From Candidatus Bathyarchaeota archaeon (GTDB lineage: Archaea > Thermoproteota > Bathyarchaeia > Bathyarchaeales > Bathycorpusculaceae): 64,000 nucleotides of DNA. The notes beneath the pieces were generated by a model. The model saw nothing but the letters and a program-made list of their open reading frames with translations. It did not search any database and was not told the origin of the DNA. The translations under genes were made by a program, and so were the position numbers. Shown here piece after piece: positions 10,509 to 19,613 of the stretch (positions within the stretch are counted from its first letter, which is position 1; each line of letters begins with the position of its first letter). The DNA lies in the NCBI GenBank assembly GCA_963702095.1, contig OY969706.1, positions 2,720,001 through 2,784,000 on the forward strand, given 5' to 3'.

Positions 10509-10901
10509 TTACTTTAGCGGCACATACATCGAAGACCGTGAAGCGCCGATACCTGGAGTTCCATGCCTAACCGGCTTGTTGGTTATGGCAAACTCGCCTA
10601 GGTAGTGACCGATCATTTCTGGGCGTATTTCCATGGCGACGAATTCTTTGCCGTTGTGTACGCTGATCTTAGCACCCACCATTTCTGGAAGGATTATTAA
10701 ATCGCGTACGTGGGTTTTGATTCCGTCGTCTTTGGATTCTTTGGCTTTGCGTAGTTTCTCAAGCAGTATGCGCTGTTCTGGTGTGAGTCCGCGTTGGAGG
10801 CTTCTGCGCTGACGTGATGGCAGCAGGTTGATGAATTCGTCCATAGACATGCCTGAGAGGGTTTCGAGGCTGTGTCCACGGTAATTAAATTCTTTGGGCA
10901 T
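10509..10901 (-). CDS. rps19: 30S ribosomal protein S19 (uS19)
   Basis: [35 protein letters not shown]. Confidence 0.97.
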   Translation of the reverse strand: MPKEFNYRGHSLETLSGMSMDEFINLLPSRQRRSLQRGLTPEQRILLEKLRKAKESKDDGIKTHVRDLIILPEMVGAKISVHNGKEFVAMEIRPEMIGHYLGEFAITNKPVRHGTPGIGASRSSMYVPLK

Positions 10902-10925
10902 TTTTCATTCTCCTATTTGTTATTT

Positions 10926-11669
10926 TTAACCTCTGATTGCACGTTTCTTTTTCTGGCCTGGACCTCGGGCTGCGATTAAGCCAACTTTCTGTCCTGGAGG
11001 AGCACCGTGTGAAGTTGTTGTGCATCTGCGAGAGCTTCGTTTGCTGCTACCATAGGGGTGGACAGCTGGAACCATTTTGCGGCCGCTGGTACGTGGGTAC
11101 TTGTGGCCTTTGGCTTTCATCCAGTGAAACATCTCGCCTGCTTTGAGGAATGGTTTATCGATGCGTCCTGCAGCAGAGATAACTCCGACTGTTGCTAAAC
11201 AGTAATCGTTAACATAGCGGGTTCTACCAGAAGGCAAACGGATCATGGTGCCTTGGGGGGTATGACCAACGACGGTTGCATATGCACCTGAACTGCGTGC
11301 CATTTTTCCTCCGTCGCCTGGACGAAGTTCAAGGTCGCAAACTAAGGTTCCTTCAGGCATCTTACCTAACGGAATAATGTTTCCAATTTCAGCGGAGGCT
11401 TTTCCGCCGTAGGTGATTTCTTGTCCTGTGTATACGCCTTCGGGGGTGATGCTGTAGACGGATGAGCCGTCTTCGAATTCTATTAAGGAGAGGGGTGAAC
11501 CGCGTCCGGGGTCGTGAACCAAGTCTACGATGACTCCGACGAGTTCAGCTTCAAAAGATTCTTTCGGCGCGATAGCTGGATATTTAGCTGGAGCAACACG
11601 TTTATGAGTTGAGGCGCGCCAGTTCTGTCCGCCGCGGCCCCTTCTTTGTACACGAATACGTTTTCCCAT
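10926..11669 (-). CDS. rpl2: 50S ribosomal protein L2
   Basis: MGKRIRVQRRGRG, HDPGRG, PGDGGKMARSSG, PPGQKVGLIAAR. Confidence 0.97.
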   Translation of the reverse strand: MGKRIRVQRRGRGGQNWRASTHKRVAPAKYPAIAPKESFEAELVGVIVDLVHDPGRGSPLSLIEFEDGSSVYSITPEGVYTGQEITYGGKASAEIGNIIPLGKMPEGTLVCDLELRPGDGGKMARSSGAYATVVGHTPQGTMIRLPSGRTRYVNDYCLATVGVISAAGRIDKPFLKAGEMFHWMKAKGHKYPRTSGRKMVPAVHPYGSSKRSSRRCTTTSHGAPPGQKVGLIAARGPGQKKKRAIRG

Positions 11670-11689
11670 AAGTCAAGCCTTCTATGTGC

Positions 11690-11950
11690 TTAGAGTATTC
11701 CAAGTTTGATTGCGACATCAGAAGCTCGGTATTCAGGTGTGAGCTTCACGTAGGCTTTTTTGATGCCTTGAGGAGTGATGAGCAAGTTGACTTTTTTGAC
11801 TTTAACCTCGTACATGGTTTCTACTGCACGTTTAATGTCGGCTTTGTCAGCATCTTTATTGACAATAAAGATTAACTTGTTGTCTTTTTCAACCATTATG
11901 CTGGCTGATTCTGTCATCAGGGGGTAATTGATTATTTCATCTGGTTTCAT
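11690..11950 (-). CDS. rpl23: 50S ribosomal protein L23
   Basis: PLMTE, IKRAVETMYEVKV, KKAYVKL. Confidence 0.96.
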   Translation of the reverse strand: MKPDEIINYPLMTESASIMVEKDNKLIFIVNKDADKADIKRAVETMYEVKVKKVNLLITPQGIKKAYVKLTPEYRASDVAIKLGIL

Positions 11951-12735
11951 TGTGAGGTCTCTCCATGGAGGCTTGATAGCTTTTCGATTGCACCATTAGT
12001 CCAAACTGTTAATCGACCCGGATGTGTTCCTGGTGCAAGCATTTCAGTGTTAAGGTTCGTTACGGTAGTGACTTCTACGCCGGGTAGGTTGCTGGCTGCG
12101 TTGGCTAAGCTTTTTCCGTCAACCACTATGATGAGTGGGCCAACGGCTTGCTTCATCTTTCTGCCCCGGTGCTTGCCTTTTCCTGCGCGGATGCCACGGC
12201 TTTCTTTCACGCGGACCATTTCAGCTGTGAAGCCGAGGCTGTTGAAGACTTCTTCGACTTCTTTGGCTTTAGATAAGCCTTCTAAAGCGTTATCTACTAT
12301 TAGGGGTAAGCTGAGGACTTGCTCGATTTTGTGTCCGCGTGCTGCAACGACTTCTTTTTCTGCGGTTGCTGCGATAGCGGATGAGAGGGCAAGTTTGGCT
12401 TCTTTTTTTGGTATGTTTTTTACTATTATTTTTTCTGCTCGTGGAGGATGGGGTTGTCTGCCTTTGACTGTGCTTGGAGCAAAGGCTGCTCTTCCACTGC
12501 CGCCTTTTACACGGGGGACTCTTGCAGTTGCGCTGCCTGTGCCGCGTGATTCTGCGGTGGTTTTCTTTCCAGCCATTGGATCTCTGCCTTGGGGTTGGAG
12601 CCTGTTAGATTGGATGGCTAAGACTGCACGTTTAATCACGTCGGGTCTTAGCGGTGTTGAGAAAACCATTGGTAAATCGATTTTGCCCGTGGATTTTCCC
12701 TGTAAGTCAAAGATTTCTGCGGTTTTCTGTGCCAT
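11947..12735 (-). CDS. rpl4: 50S ribosomal protein L4
   Basis: LRPDVIKRAV, AESRGTG, RAGKGKHRGR, LAPGTHPGRLTVWT. Confidence 0.97.
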   Translation of the reverse strand: MAQKTAEIFDLQGKSTGKIDLPMVFSTPLRPDVIKRAVLAIQSNRLQPQGRDPMAGKKTTAESRGTGSATARVPRVKGGSGRAAFAPSTVKGRQPHPPRAEKIIVKNIPKKEAKLALSSAIAATAEKEVVAARGHKIEQVLSLPLIVDNALEGLSKAKEVEEVFNSLGFTAEMVRVKESRGIRAGKGKHRGRKMKQAVGPLIIVVDGKSLANAASNLPGVEVTTVTNLNTEMLAPGTHPGRLTVWTNGAIEKLSSLHGETSQ

Positions 12736-12747
12736 CTCTAATCATTC

Positions 12748-13760
12748 CTATTTCCGTTGAGTGGACTCCAGTGAGATATAAGTTACTTGCGGTGCTGCTT
12801 CAGGAACCTCTGTGGGCGGACGAGCAGGTACTCTTAGGCGTATTAAGCGTTTTTCTGTGCCGGGTATGCTGCCTTCTAGTAGGACGTATGGTCCATTGAC
12901 CTCTCCATATCGGACGTAGCCGCCTTTTATGGTGACTTCTTTGCCGTCTTTGCCGATTTTGAGTATGCGTTTGTTGAATTCGATACGTTGGTGATAGCCT
13001 GTTTGTCCTGCGCGTGGTATGCTGTACATGAGGTGGTGGGGGTTCCATGGTGGAGGGTGGCGATGCCGCGTTTGGTTTTTCTGCCTTTGTGCTGGAGTTT
13101 GGTTACGTGCCAGCGTTTAACTGGGCCTTGGAAGCCTTTGCCGACGGTTACGCCGGCTATGTCGATGTATTGGCCTTCTTTGAAGACTTCTTCGGGCGTT
13201 ACTGTTTTGCCCAAGAGTTGTTTGGCGTAGTCGAATTGTTGCTGGGTGTTTCCGCCGCCGATTTGGATTTCCATGGTTTCGGGTTTTTTCTTGGATAGGC
13301 TGGTTTGGCTGGGTTGGGTGGCGGTTATAACTCGGACTAAGTCGGTGTTTTCGAGGTTGTCTTGGACTTTCTGCAGCATGGCGTCTGTGTTAAAGTTTTC
13401 CGGCAGGACCAAAAGTCTGCCCAGCAGTGCCGGCGGTTCTTTCATCCATGCTTCTGTGAGGTTTAAGAGCCCATAGGGTGTTTTCTGGTAAGTGCGTATG
13501 CCACATATGATGATTGGTGGCGTTTCAAGTATGGTTGCTGCCCGCATGACTTCTTTACCGAAGTTTGGTGAACGCTTCCTGTCCTCAATAGTGAAGACAT
13601 AGGTCATACCTGCCTTGTAAGATGTGAATCCTAAAAGCCTAGGAGTTTCAGACTCTATTTTTGGCCAGTAACGAATCCGTGCAGTAGGTTTCTTTGCACG
13701 ATGCCTTGGCAAATAGGCTAGTGAACCATGTTTTGGAGCATGAGTTTTACGATGTCCCAT
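12748..13760 (-). CDS. rpl3: 50S ribosomal protein L3, apparent frameshift near 13052 (likely sequence error)
   Basis: ORF 12927-13760 (PKHGSLAY, YKAGMT, GKGFQGPVKRW) continues in another frame as PWNPHHLMYSIPRAGQTGYHQR. Confidence 0.93.
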
Positions 13761-13944
13761 TGATCATCCGCTTCGCGCCTTTAGCAAATAGTGCAAGAGG
13801 TTATAAATGTTGCCGTTTAAAACGCAAAAGGATGGTTAGGCTGAAAAAAAACATTTTCTAAGCTCCAGCCTAGTATAGGATGCTGTTTGCCTTCAGTGGC
13901 TGTCCATCGTTTGCAACACTACACATAGAAACGGGTGCTTTTGA

Positions 13945-14075
13945 CTTTTTCTATAGTAGTTGTTGCCGAAAACCCCCTATACACAACAACAATCAGAGGC
14001 TTGTGAAAACGATTGTATTTCAACATTGGCGTTTGGTTTACGTTGCAGACTGGTTGTGTAACAAACCACAAGCAG
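13945..14075 (-). repeat. Dispersed element, GTT-type palindrome copy
   Basis: Minus strand: CTGCTTGTGGTTTG head ... GATTGTTGTTGTGTATAGGGGGTTTTCGGCAACAACTACTATAGAAAAA. Confidence 0.85.
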
Positions 14076-14184
14076 TCGCAGGTAATTAACGACAGATAGG
14101 ATACATTCATGAATTCCGTGGTAAAAAAAGAACTTTCCAAAAAAGCCATGGTAAAAATTATTGGCATCGCAACCAGAGCAGAAG

Positions 14185-14391
14185 TTAAATCATGTCAAAA
14201 TGTTCTAGGGCATCCTTTATATTCCCAAATTTTTCAATGGGACAAGGATTAGTTCGCTCTTTTCCCTGTCGGTTTGGTGCTTTCCTCATTTTAATGTTGC
14301 ACTGAGATTTAACGTCGGCAATCCAGCAAGTCTTAGGTATGAAACCATATTTCTGTTTTACATAATCTTGGATTTCTTTGTAAGTAGCCAT
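14185..14391 (-). CDS. Small hypothetical protein (ATYKEI...CP.EK...I.DAL.HF.MI type)
   Basis: 68-aa ORF; from memory resembles a small domain found at the C-terminus of some Firmicute RNA methyltransferases (unverified). Confidence 0.6.
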   Translation of the reverse strand: MATYKEIQDYVKQKYGFIPKTCWIADVKSQCNIKMRKAPNRQGKERTNPCPIEKFGNIKDALEHFDMI

Positions 14392-14405
14392 ATGACCACC
14401 AGACG

Positions 14406-14594
14406 TTAAGGATTATCGTGTTCTAGGTCAAAAAATACAACATTACAAGTCGGGCATATCTTAGCGTAAAGAATTTCATGCTTTGTATGTTTATCACTCG
14501 GTACATGAGCAGATATGAGCATTACTTCTCTAAACTGCGTATAATGTGCTTTATGGCCTAAGGGGCAAGTAATTTCTCGTTGCGGATGAGGCAT
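14406..14594 (-). CDS. Small putative zinc-ribbon protein
   Basis: CPLGH ... CPTC; 62 aa. Confidence 0.5.
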   Translation of the reverse strand: MPHPQREITCPLGHKAHYTQFREVMLISAHVPSDKHTKHEILYAKICPTCNVVFFDLEHDNP

Positions 14595-14693
14595 ATAGAA
14601 GTAGGTGCCAAAAAGCGGTTTTATGTTTTTTGGTGGCTAAGTTCGAGTGCCTGTTACTTGTATTGGATAGAGAACAAACGGGACTGGCAAGGA

Positions 14694-14930
14694 TCACTTT
14701 AGTCGCCTTAGCTCTGCCTCAAACGCCTCAGTGGATATGTTGGTAAACGATTCTTTATGCTTGCCCAGTTCATACATGAAATCCCCGAGCGATAAACCAG
14801 CCAACTTTGTGGCTTGCCCAACAGAGATTTTTTTTTCTTTGTAGAGTATTAGGGCTAAGTAAAGCTTCAAATCGTCTTCGCTAAGGTCATTGACCAAAGC
14901 TTTGGGAATGTTGAGCTCCAATAATTTCAC
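14694..14930 (-). CDS. UPF0175-family (antitoxin-like) protein
   Basis: LALILYKEKKISVGQATKLAGLSLGDF..EL. Confidence 0.8.
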   Translation of the reverse strand: MKLLELNIPKALVNDLSEDDLKLYLALILYKEKKISVGQATKLAGLSLGDFMYELGKHKESFTNISTEAFEAELRRLK

Positions 14931-15001
14931 TTGTCGTCAAATGGTTGGACGTTACTAAAATACCTTGTCAAAATGAGAAGAAAGAGAAAATAAGTGCAGT
15001 T

Positions 15002-16420
15002 CTAACGAGGGACAACTGCAAGGAAGGGTTCTGGACCCATTTCTGCAGTCGCATAAACTGCCAGTGATATTGCCCAGAATACGTCGTCGTGTGTGCCTTG
15101 TGGGTGGTGGTAGCCTATGGTGCCGTCTTTGTTTAGGCTGTAGCGTTCGACGTTTAGTTCGGTGCAGATTTCGCCCCGGTAAGGTCGCTCCCAATGCAGC
15201 AGTGGGTAGTAGAGTTGGTGGTTTGCCATGCGCTGTTTGAGCAGGCTTGCCATTTCGCTTTTACGGGGCACGCTAAAGTTTACGCCTTCAGCGTTGTGTA
15301 TGCCTGCTGCTTCCATGTCGGCGATGAAGCTTGGGCCTTCCCGTGTGAAGTCCACTCGGATTTTCTCGAACCCGTGCCAGCGGTCCTGCAAGGTTTTGAG
15401 GTAGCCCAATACAGTTGCGTAAATGGTGGGTTGCTGGAAGATTTTGAGGTGACGCAGCAACAACCGCCCATCCACCCGCTCAACTACGGCGAGGGCGGTG
15501 TAGTCCCTGGTCTGCGCCAAATCCAGCCCAACAAAGAATTCGCCTCGGTGCTCAGATTCGGGGTTGAATTCTTGGAGGTCTACGCCACAGGTTGCTTTTG
15601 TGCCGATGCAGTTGGCGATTAGACTTTGCGTTAGCCATACGTCTTGGTCTTCTGCCCATTCCGCCTCCATTTCCCGCCGCCAACGGATTGGGTCATCGCC
15701 CATCTGTGTCTTGATTTTTTGGATTATGCTGGGTTTTAGTGGTCCGTTTGGTTCGGTGGCTTGTTCGACGGTGACGTGGCTGGTTTTGTAGTCGGCGAAG
15801 TCTTTGTGGGTAAACATTTTGTAGAAGACGCTGTCGGTGTGCCATGGTGTGCTTGTGCAGACGAATTTGCCGTTTGTGGTGCCCAATGTGTAGAGGATGG
15901 CGTCGTAGAGTTCTTGGTCGTTGGCGACGAAGTTGAATTCGTCAGCGTAGACCACGTGCAGGGTGGGTCCGCGGATGGTTTCGGGGTTGTTTGGGAAGGC
16001 TTCGATGCTGCTGCCGTTTTGGAAGTGGATTTGGGTGCGCTGGGGCACAAAAACCAGTCTCCTAGGAAGCTTATGGGAAAGCGAGCCTATGCGGCTAAGG
16101 ATGCGTTTGGTTTGCCGCCAAGACGGACCAACTAAACCGATGGCGCTATCTGGGTGGGTGGTTGCATACCAGAGCAGAAGGGCAGCTACGATGAAGCTCT
16201 TGCCACTTTGCCGACTCCACCGGGCCGCCGTAAACTGGTTTTCAACGAATAGTTTGATGAACTCTTCTTGGTAGGCAAAGGGTTTGAAGCCCAAGATTTC
16301 TCTGCAGAAAACTGCGGGGTCCTCGCTGAGGTCCACAGTTTTCTCCAGTGCCAACCCTTCGGCTAGTAGGTCACTGTTCTGGACTTTTTGCCATGTCTGC
16401 TGGAACTGGTTGGGACGCAT
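15002..16420 (-). CDS. Phage-type terminase large subunit
   Basis: PFAYQ, Walker A SRQSGKS, TIRG, Walker B VVYADEF, coupling motif STP, nuclease GLDLA..RD.TA and HDD; start placed at ATG 16420. Confidence 0.9.
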   Translation of the reverse strand: MRPNQFQQTWQKVQNSDLLAEGLALEKTVDLSEDPAVFCREILGFKPFAYQEEFIKLFVENQFTAARWSRQSGKSFIVAALLLWYATTHPDSAIGLVGPSWRQTKRILSRIGSLSHKLPRRLVFVPQRTQIHFQNGSSIEAFPNNPETIRGPTLHVVYADEFNFVANDQELYDAILYTLGTTNGKFVCTSTPWHTDSVFYKMFTHKDFADYKTSHVTVEQATEPNGPLKPSIIQKIKTQMGDDPIRWRREMEAEWAEDQDVWLTQSLIANCIGTKATCGVDLQEFNPESEHRGEFFVGLDLAQTRDYTALAVVERVDGRLLLRHLKIFQQPTIYATVLGYLKTLQDRWHGFEKIRVDFTREGPSFIADMEAAGIHNAEGVNFSVPRKSEMASLLKQRMANHQLYYPLLHWERPYRGEICTELNVERYSLNKDGTIGYHHPQGTHDDVFWAISLAVYATAEMGPEPFLAVVPR

Positions 16421-16837
16421 TGTTCTTGCTTTCGAGGAGCGCGGCATATTTTGCCTCCATATCGTTTAGTTTGGCTTCTACTTCTCGGTAGTTGAGGTAG
16501 TCGGAGAGGATTTCTTTGTAGGCGCGGGCTAGGGTGGCGACGACTTGCAGTCGCTGAACCTCCACTTTACTGAGCCCGGGGCAGAGGCTGCTTCCAATGC
16601 GCCTGCCAATTTTTTGAGTGTTTCCTCTACGCTAGGCAACTCGGCAGGCAGGGGCAAGGTGGCGGTGGTTACGTGTCCGCTTGGTACCAATCCGAGGCGC
16701 CCGCACTTAACAAGGACTGCAGGGGCTGTTCTTCGAAGGGTTAATGCTATTGCGTCTATGGATTTGTTGGCTTCTACGAGTTTTTTGAGTTGGACTTCCT
16801 CTTCAACTGTCCAAGGTAAACCTCTTGTCATAATCAA
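16371..16837 (-). CDS. HTH/coiled-coil protein, candidate small terminase (frameshift near 16575)
   Basis: WTVEEEVQLKKLV..SIDAIA..L.RT HTH; one extra G in CCGGGCTC joins both ORFs (PGLSKVEVQRLQ); overlaps the terminase start. Confidence 0.65.
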
Positions 16838-16924
16838 GACCTAAAGGGACTGGAGGGCAGAACTGCTTTTGAACTATTTTGCGCTTCAAAAAGGCGATTT
16901 GTTTAATGCTTTTTTAAAGGTTGA

Positions 16925-16987
16925 TTGCTTTTTTGTTTTGGGCTTGCAGTGGCGTTGCAGAAGGGTTGTGGCGTATTCTACAAGCAG
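16925..16987 (-). repeat. Dispersed element, head half only
   Basis: TTGCTTTTTTGTTTTGGGCTTGCAGTGGCGTTGCAG...ACAAGCAG aligns with 43231-43293. Confidence 0.8.
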
Positions 16988-16995
16988 AGGGGGAC

Positions 16996-17490
16996 TTAGC
17001 AAACACGTTCAATAACCTGATCCGCAGCAGCCTCGTCACTGAGACCCGCCACATCTATGGTTACATCGGCATATCTTCGGTAAAAAGGCAACCTCTCCAA
17101 AAAAAGCTGCTCCAGCCCCTTCTCTTTCAACCCAACAATTCCCCTGCCCGAAAAATCCGCAGTGCGCTTTTTGATTTCCTCCAAAGAAGCATCCAAAAAC
17201 ACCACCACAGAGATGCTCTTTAGAAACCCCATTGCCTTCTCCGAATACACGGAACTGCCTCCAGAAGAAATAACCGAATCACTTACCGTCCCTATGCCGA
17301 GTATAGCGTTCTCTTCTAAGTCCAGGAACCTTTCATTTCCTAAACAGTCGATTAAATCCTGCAGTTTCCTGTTAGTAGCTTCCTCAATAATCCTGTCAAT
17401 GTCAATAAAGCCAAAATTCAACCGTTCCGACAAAAGCAGACCTATATGACTCTTACCAACACCAGACATACCAATGAGGGTTATATTCAT
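16996..17490 (-). CDS. aroK: Shikimate kinase, bacterial NMP-kinase type
   Basis: LIGMSGVGKS P-loop, DID, SSGGS, ERLPFY..YAD. Confidence 0.85.
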   Translation of the reverse strand: MNITLIGMSGVGKSHIGLLLSERLNFGFIDIDRIIEEATNRKLQDLIDCLGNERFLDLEENAILGIGTVSDSVISSGGSSVYSEKAMGFLKSISVVVFLDASLEEIKKRTADFSGRGIVGLKEKGLEQLFLERLPFYRRYADVTIDVAGLSDEAAADQVIERVC

Positions 17491-17754
17491 AATGACAACA
17501 TATTGTTGTTGCAGCTATTTTCGTTTTATGGGTTGAAGTTTAAGGTTTGCGTAAAAAGAGGAAACAACCTCAGCCGCCAATCCACCAGCCACACCGAAAA
17601 ACCCCAAATTCCTCCAGCAAACCGCCGCTCCCCAACTTTTGCTGCTGCTAAGCCCCTGTTTTCGGGTTTGGTCGGGACAAACTTATAAACTTAGAGTGCA
17701 GTGATATGCTAATATAACTGTGCTGTATGCAATAGAGCAGGGAAGAGAGGTTAG

Positions 17755-18510
17755 ATGTTTAAGCTTAAAGTATCTGACGCTAAATTACTCCGTGACATGG
17801 CAACCGCCATCTCAATTCTCGTGGATGAAGCCACCTTTAAAATTGAGCCCGACGGGTTGAAACTCCGCGCGATGGATCCAAGCCGCGTGGCCATGATCGA
17901 TTTCGAATGGCCAAAAACCATATTCCAAGAATACGAAGCCAACCAACCCACAAAGGTCTGCCTCAACATAAGCGAATTACTCAAACTCCTAAAACGCGCC
18001 GGCAAAGACGAAGCCGTCGAACTCAGCCTCGACGACAAAACCGGACGCCTCCTAATCACAATCACAGGCAAATACGCCCGCAACTTCACCATGCCCACCC
18101 TCGAAGCCAGCGAAGAAGAGGTGCCTACACCAAAAATCAGCTTCAACGTCAAAGCCAAAACCACCACCCAAGGCCTGAGCCAAGCAATCGAAGACGCCCA
18201 ACTCGTCAGCGACCACGTCCGCATCGAAGCTGAACCAGAAAAAATGACCCTATCGGCATCGGGCGACCTGATGGGTGCAACCATTACACTGGTGAAAGGC
18301 AACGACACACTCCTCGACTTAGAAGTCAAAGAAAACGCCAAAGCAACCTTCAGCCTAAGCTACCTTTCAGAAATCATCAAAGCAGCCGCCGCAACCAGTG
18401 ACATAGCCACCTTAGAGTTCTCCACTGATATGCCGGTTAGAATCGATTTTCAACAGGCAAAAGAGGGAAAACTGACCTTCTTCTTGGCGCCCCGCATCGA
18501 AACCGAGTAA
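17755..18510 (+). CDS. pcn: DNA polymerase sliding clamp PCNA
   Basis: LRAMDPSRVAMID, FFLAPRIE. Confidence 0.97.
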   Translation: MFKLKVSDAKLLRDMATAISILVDEATFKIEPDGLKLRAMDPSRVAMIDFEWPKTIFQEYEANQPTKVCLNISELLKLLKRAGKDEAVELSLDDKTGRLLITITGKYARNFTMPTLEASEEEVPTPKISFNVKAKTTTQGLSQAIEDAQLVSDHVRIEAEPEKMTLSASGDLMGATITLVKGNDTLLDLEVKENAKATFSLSYLSEIIKAAAATSDIATLEFSTDMPVRIDFQQAKEGKLTFFLAPRIETE

Positions 18511-18525
18511 GCGCTGGCATCCAAG

Positions 18526-19557
18526 ATGGAGTTGGCGCCTGCCACACTGTCGATCGAGGACTACGCCAAATACCCATTTCTTAAATTGGCTTCTAAACAA
18601 ATCCAAAACCTTCAACTTACCATCCAAAGCATAGTGGAAGACCGCTTTGTACTGGAACGTGCCCAGAAAAGAGTTGAAAACGCCATCCTCAACCTAACCG
18701 TCGGCGAATTAGACATCGATAAACGCAAAGAAATCTCTTCTTACGCCGCCTCGTTGATTTTGGTCATTGCAACAAAGCAGTCGTGGATAAAAAAAAGGTA
18801 CGCTTTAGCAGTTGCCAAAACAGCTTACAGTCAGATGCTGGGGGAGAAAGCGGCTAAGGAAAAAGTTTTTTTGATCGCCAAAGACTTCGACTGGAACATA
18901 AGCGACGGCAAACCCTACAAAGATTTCCGCGTGAGCTTTGCGTTTTTCTTGAAGAACGCGGCGCATCTCCATAACTACGAATGGAAACTGGTTAACCAAA
19001 TCATCGACAGAGGCATGGTGTACCTAAACAAGGACAAAGTCGCTCGGTTGCTACAGGAGGAAATTAAGAACCGAGTGGAGAAACGCCTCGAAGTGCCTGA
19101 ACTAAGAAACCTGCCTGAAGACATCACTCTTGTCGCCAATGGATTAACTGAGTTAGCGCAGGGGATTATGGGACAGGAAATCGAGGAAATGCCTAAAAAT
19201 GTGGTTCAAGCGGCGTTTCCACCCTGCATAAACGCGTTGTACGCGGATATGGCTTCGAGTCATCATCTCTCGCACATCGGGCGCTTCACGCTTATCAGCT
19301 TTTTAGTAAACATCGGCATGTCTGGGGAAGCCATGAATGACATGTTTAAAACCTTCTCTGATTACAACGAACGTTTAACCCGCTACCAAATCGAGCACAT
19401 CGCGGGTGAACGGGGTTCAGGCACAAAATACACGCCTCCACAATGTTCAGTTCTTCAAACACATGGCGTATGCAAAGGCAGAGATGACTTGTGCCGTCGA
19501 ATCTATCATCCTCTAAAGTATTATTTAATCAAGCAGAAGGAGAAAACTTCGGTGTAA
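18526..19557 (+). CDS. priL: DNA primase large subunit
   Basis: AKYPFL, FPPCI, H..RF, YQIEHIAG, YTPPQC Fe-S cluster motifs. Confidence 0.95.
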   Translation: MELAPATLSIEDYAKYPFLKLASKQIQNLQLTIQSIVEDRFVLERAQKRVENAILNLTVGELDIDKRKEISSYAASLILVIATKQSWIKKRYALAVAKTAYSQMLGEKAAKEKVFLIAKDFDWNISDGKPYKDFRVSFAFFLKNAAHLHNYEWKLVNQIIDRGMVYLNKDKVARLLQEEIKNRVEKRLEVPELRNLPEDITLVANGLTELAQGIMGQEIEEMPKNVVQAAFPPCINALYADMASSHHLSHIGRFTLISFLVNIGMSGEAMNDMFKTFSDYNERLTRYQIEHIAGERGSGTKYTPPQCSVLQTHGVCKGRDDLCRRIYHPLKYYLIKQKEKTSV

Positions 19558-19613
19558 GGGCATGTGTCAATGTTTATTAATTTATGTGAACTTAATTGTG
19601 GTGAGTCGTTTTA

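Larger units (their letters stand above)
13945..16987 (-). mobile_element. Small island: HTH + large terminase + 3 small ORFs, bounded by dispersed-element copies
   Basis: Terminase next to core genes; no portal, capsid or integrase visible; CTGCTTG-headed element at both ends in the same orientation. Confidence 0.55.

Noticed and set aside
12047-12760. Long antisense ORFs (e.g. 12047-12760, 17751-18341, 29220-30629, 63579-63974)
   Set aside because: Shadows of well-supported genes on the opposite strand.
12748-13760. rpl3 pseudogene or programmed frameshift
   Set aside because: Essential gene with both halves conserved, no slippery site, and several similar indels elsewhere point to sequence error.
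13945-17490. Complete provirus
   Set aside because: Only about 3 kb; no integrase, portal, capsid, tail or tRNA att site seen.
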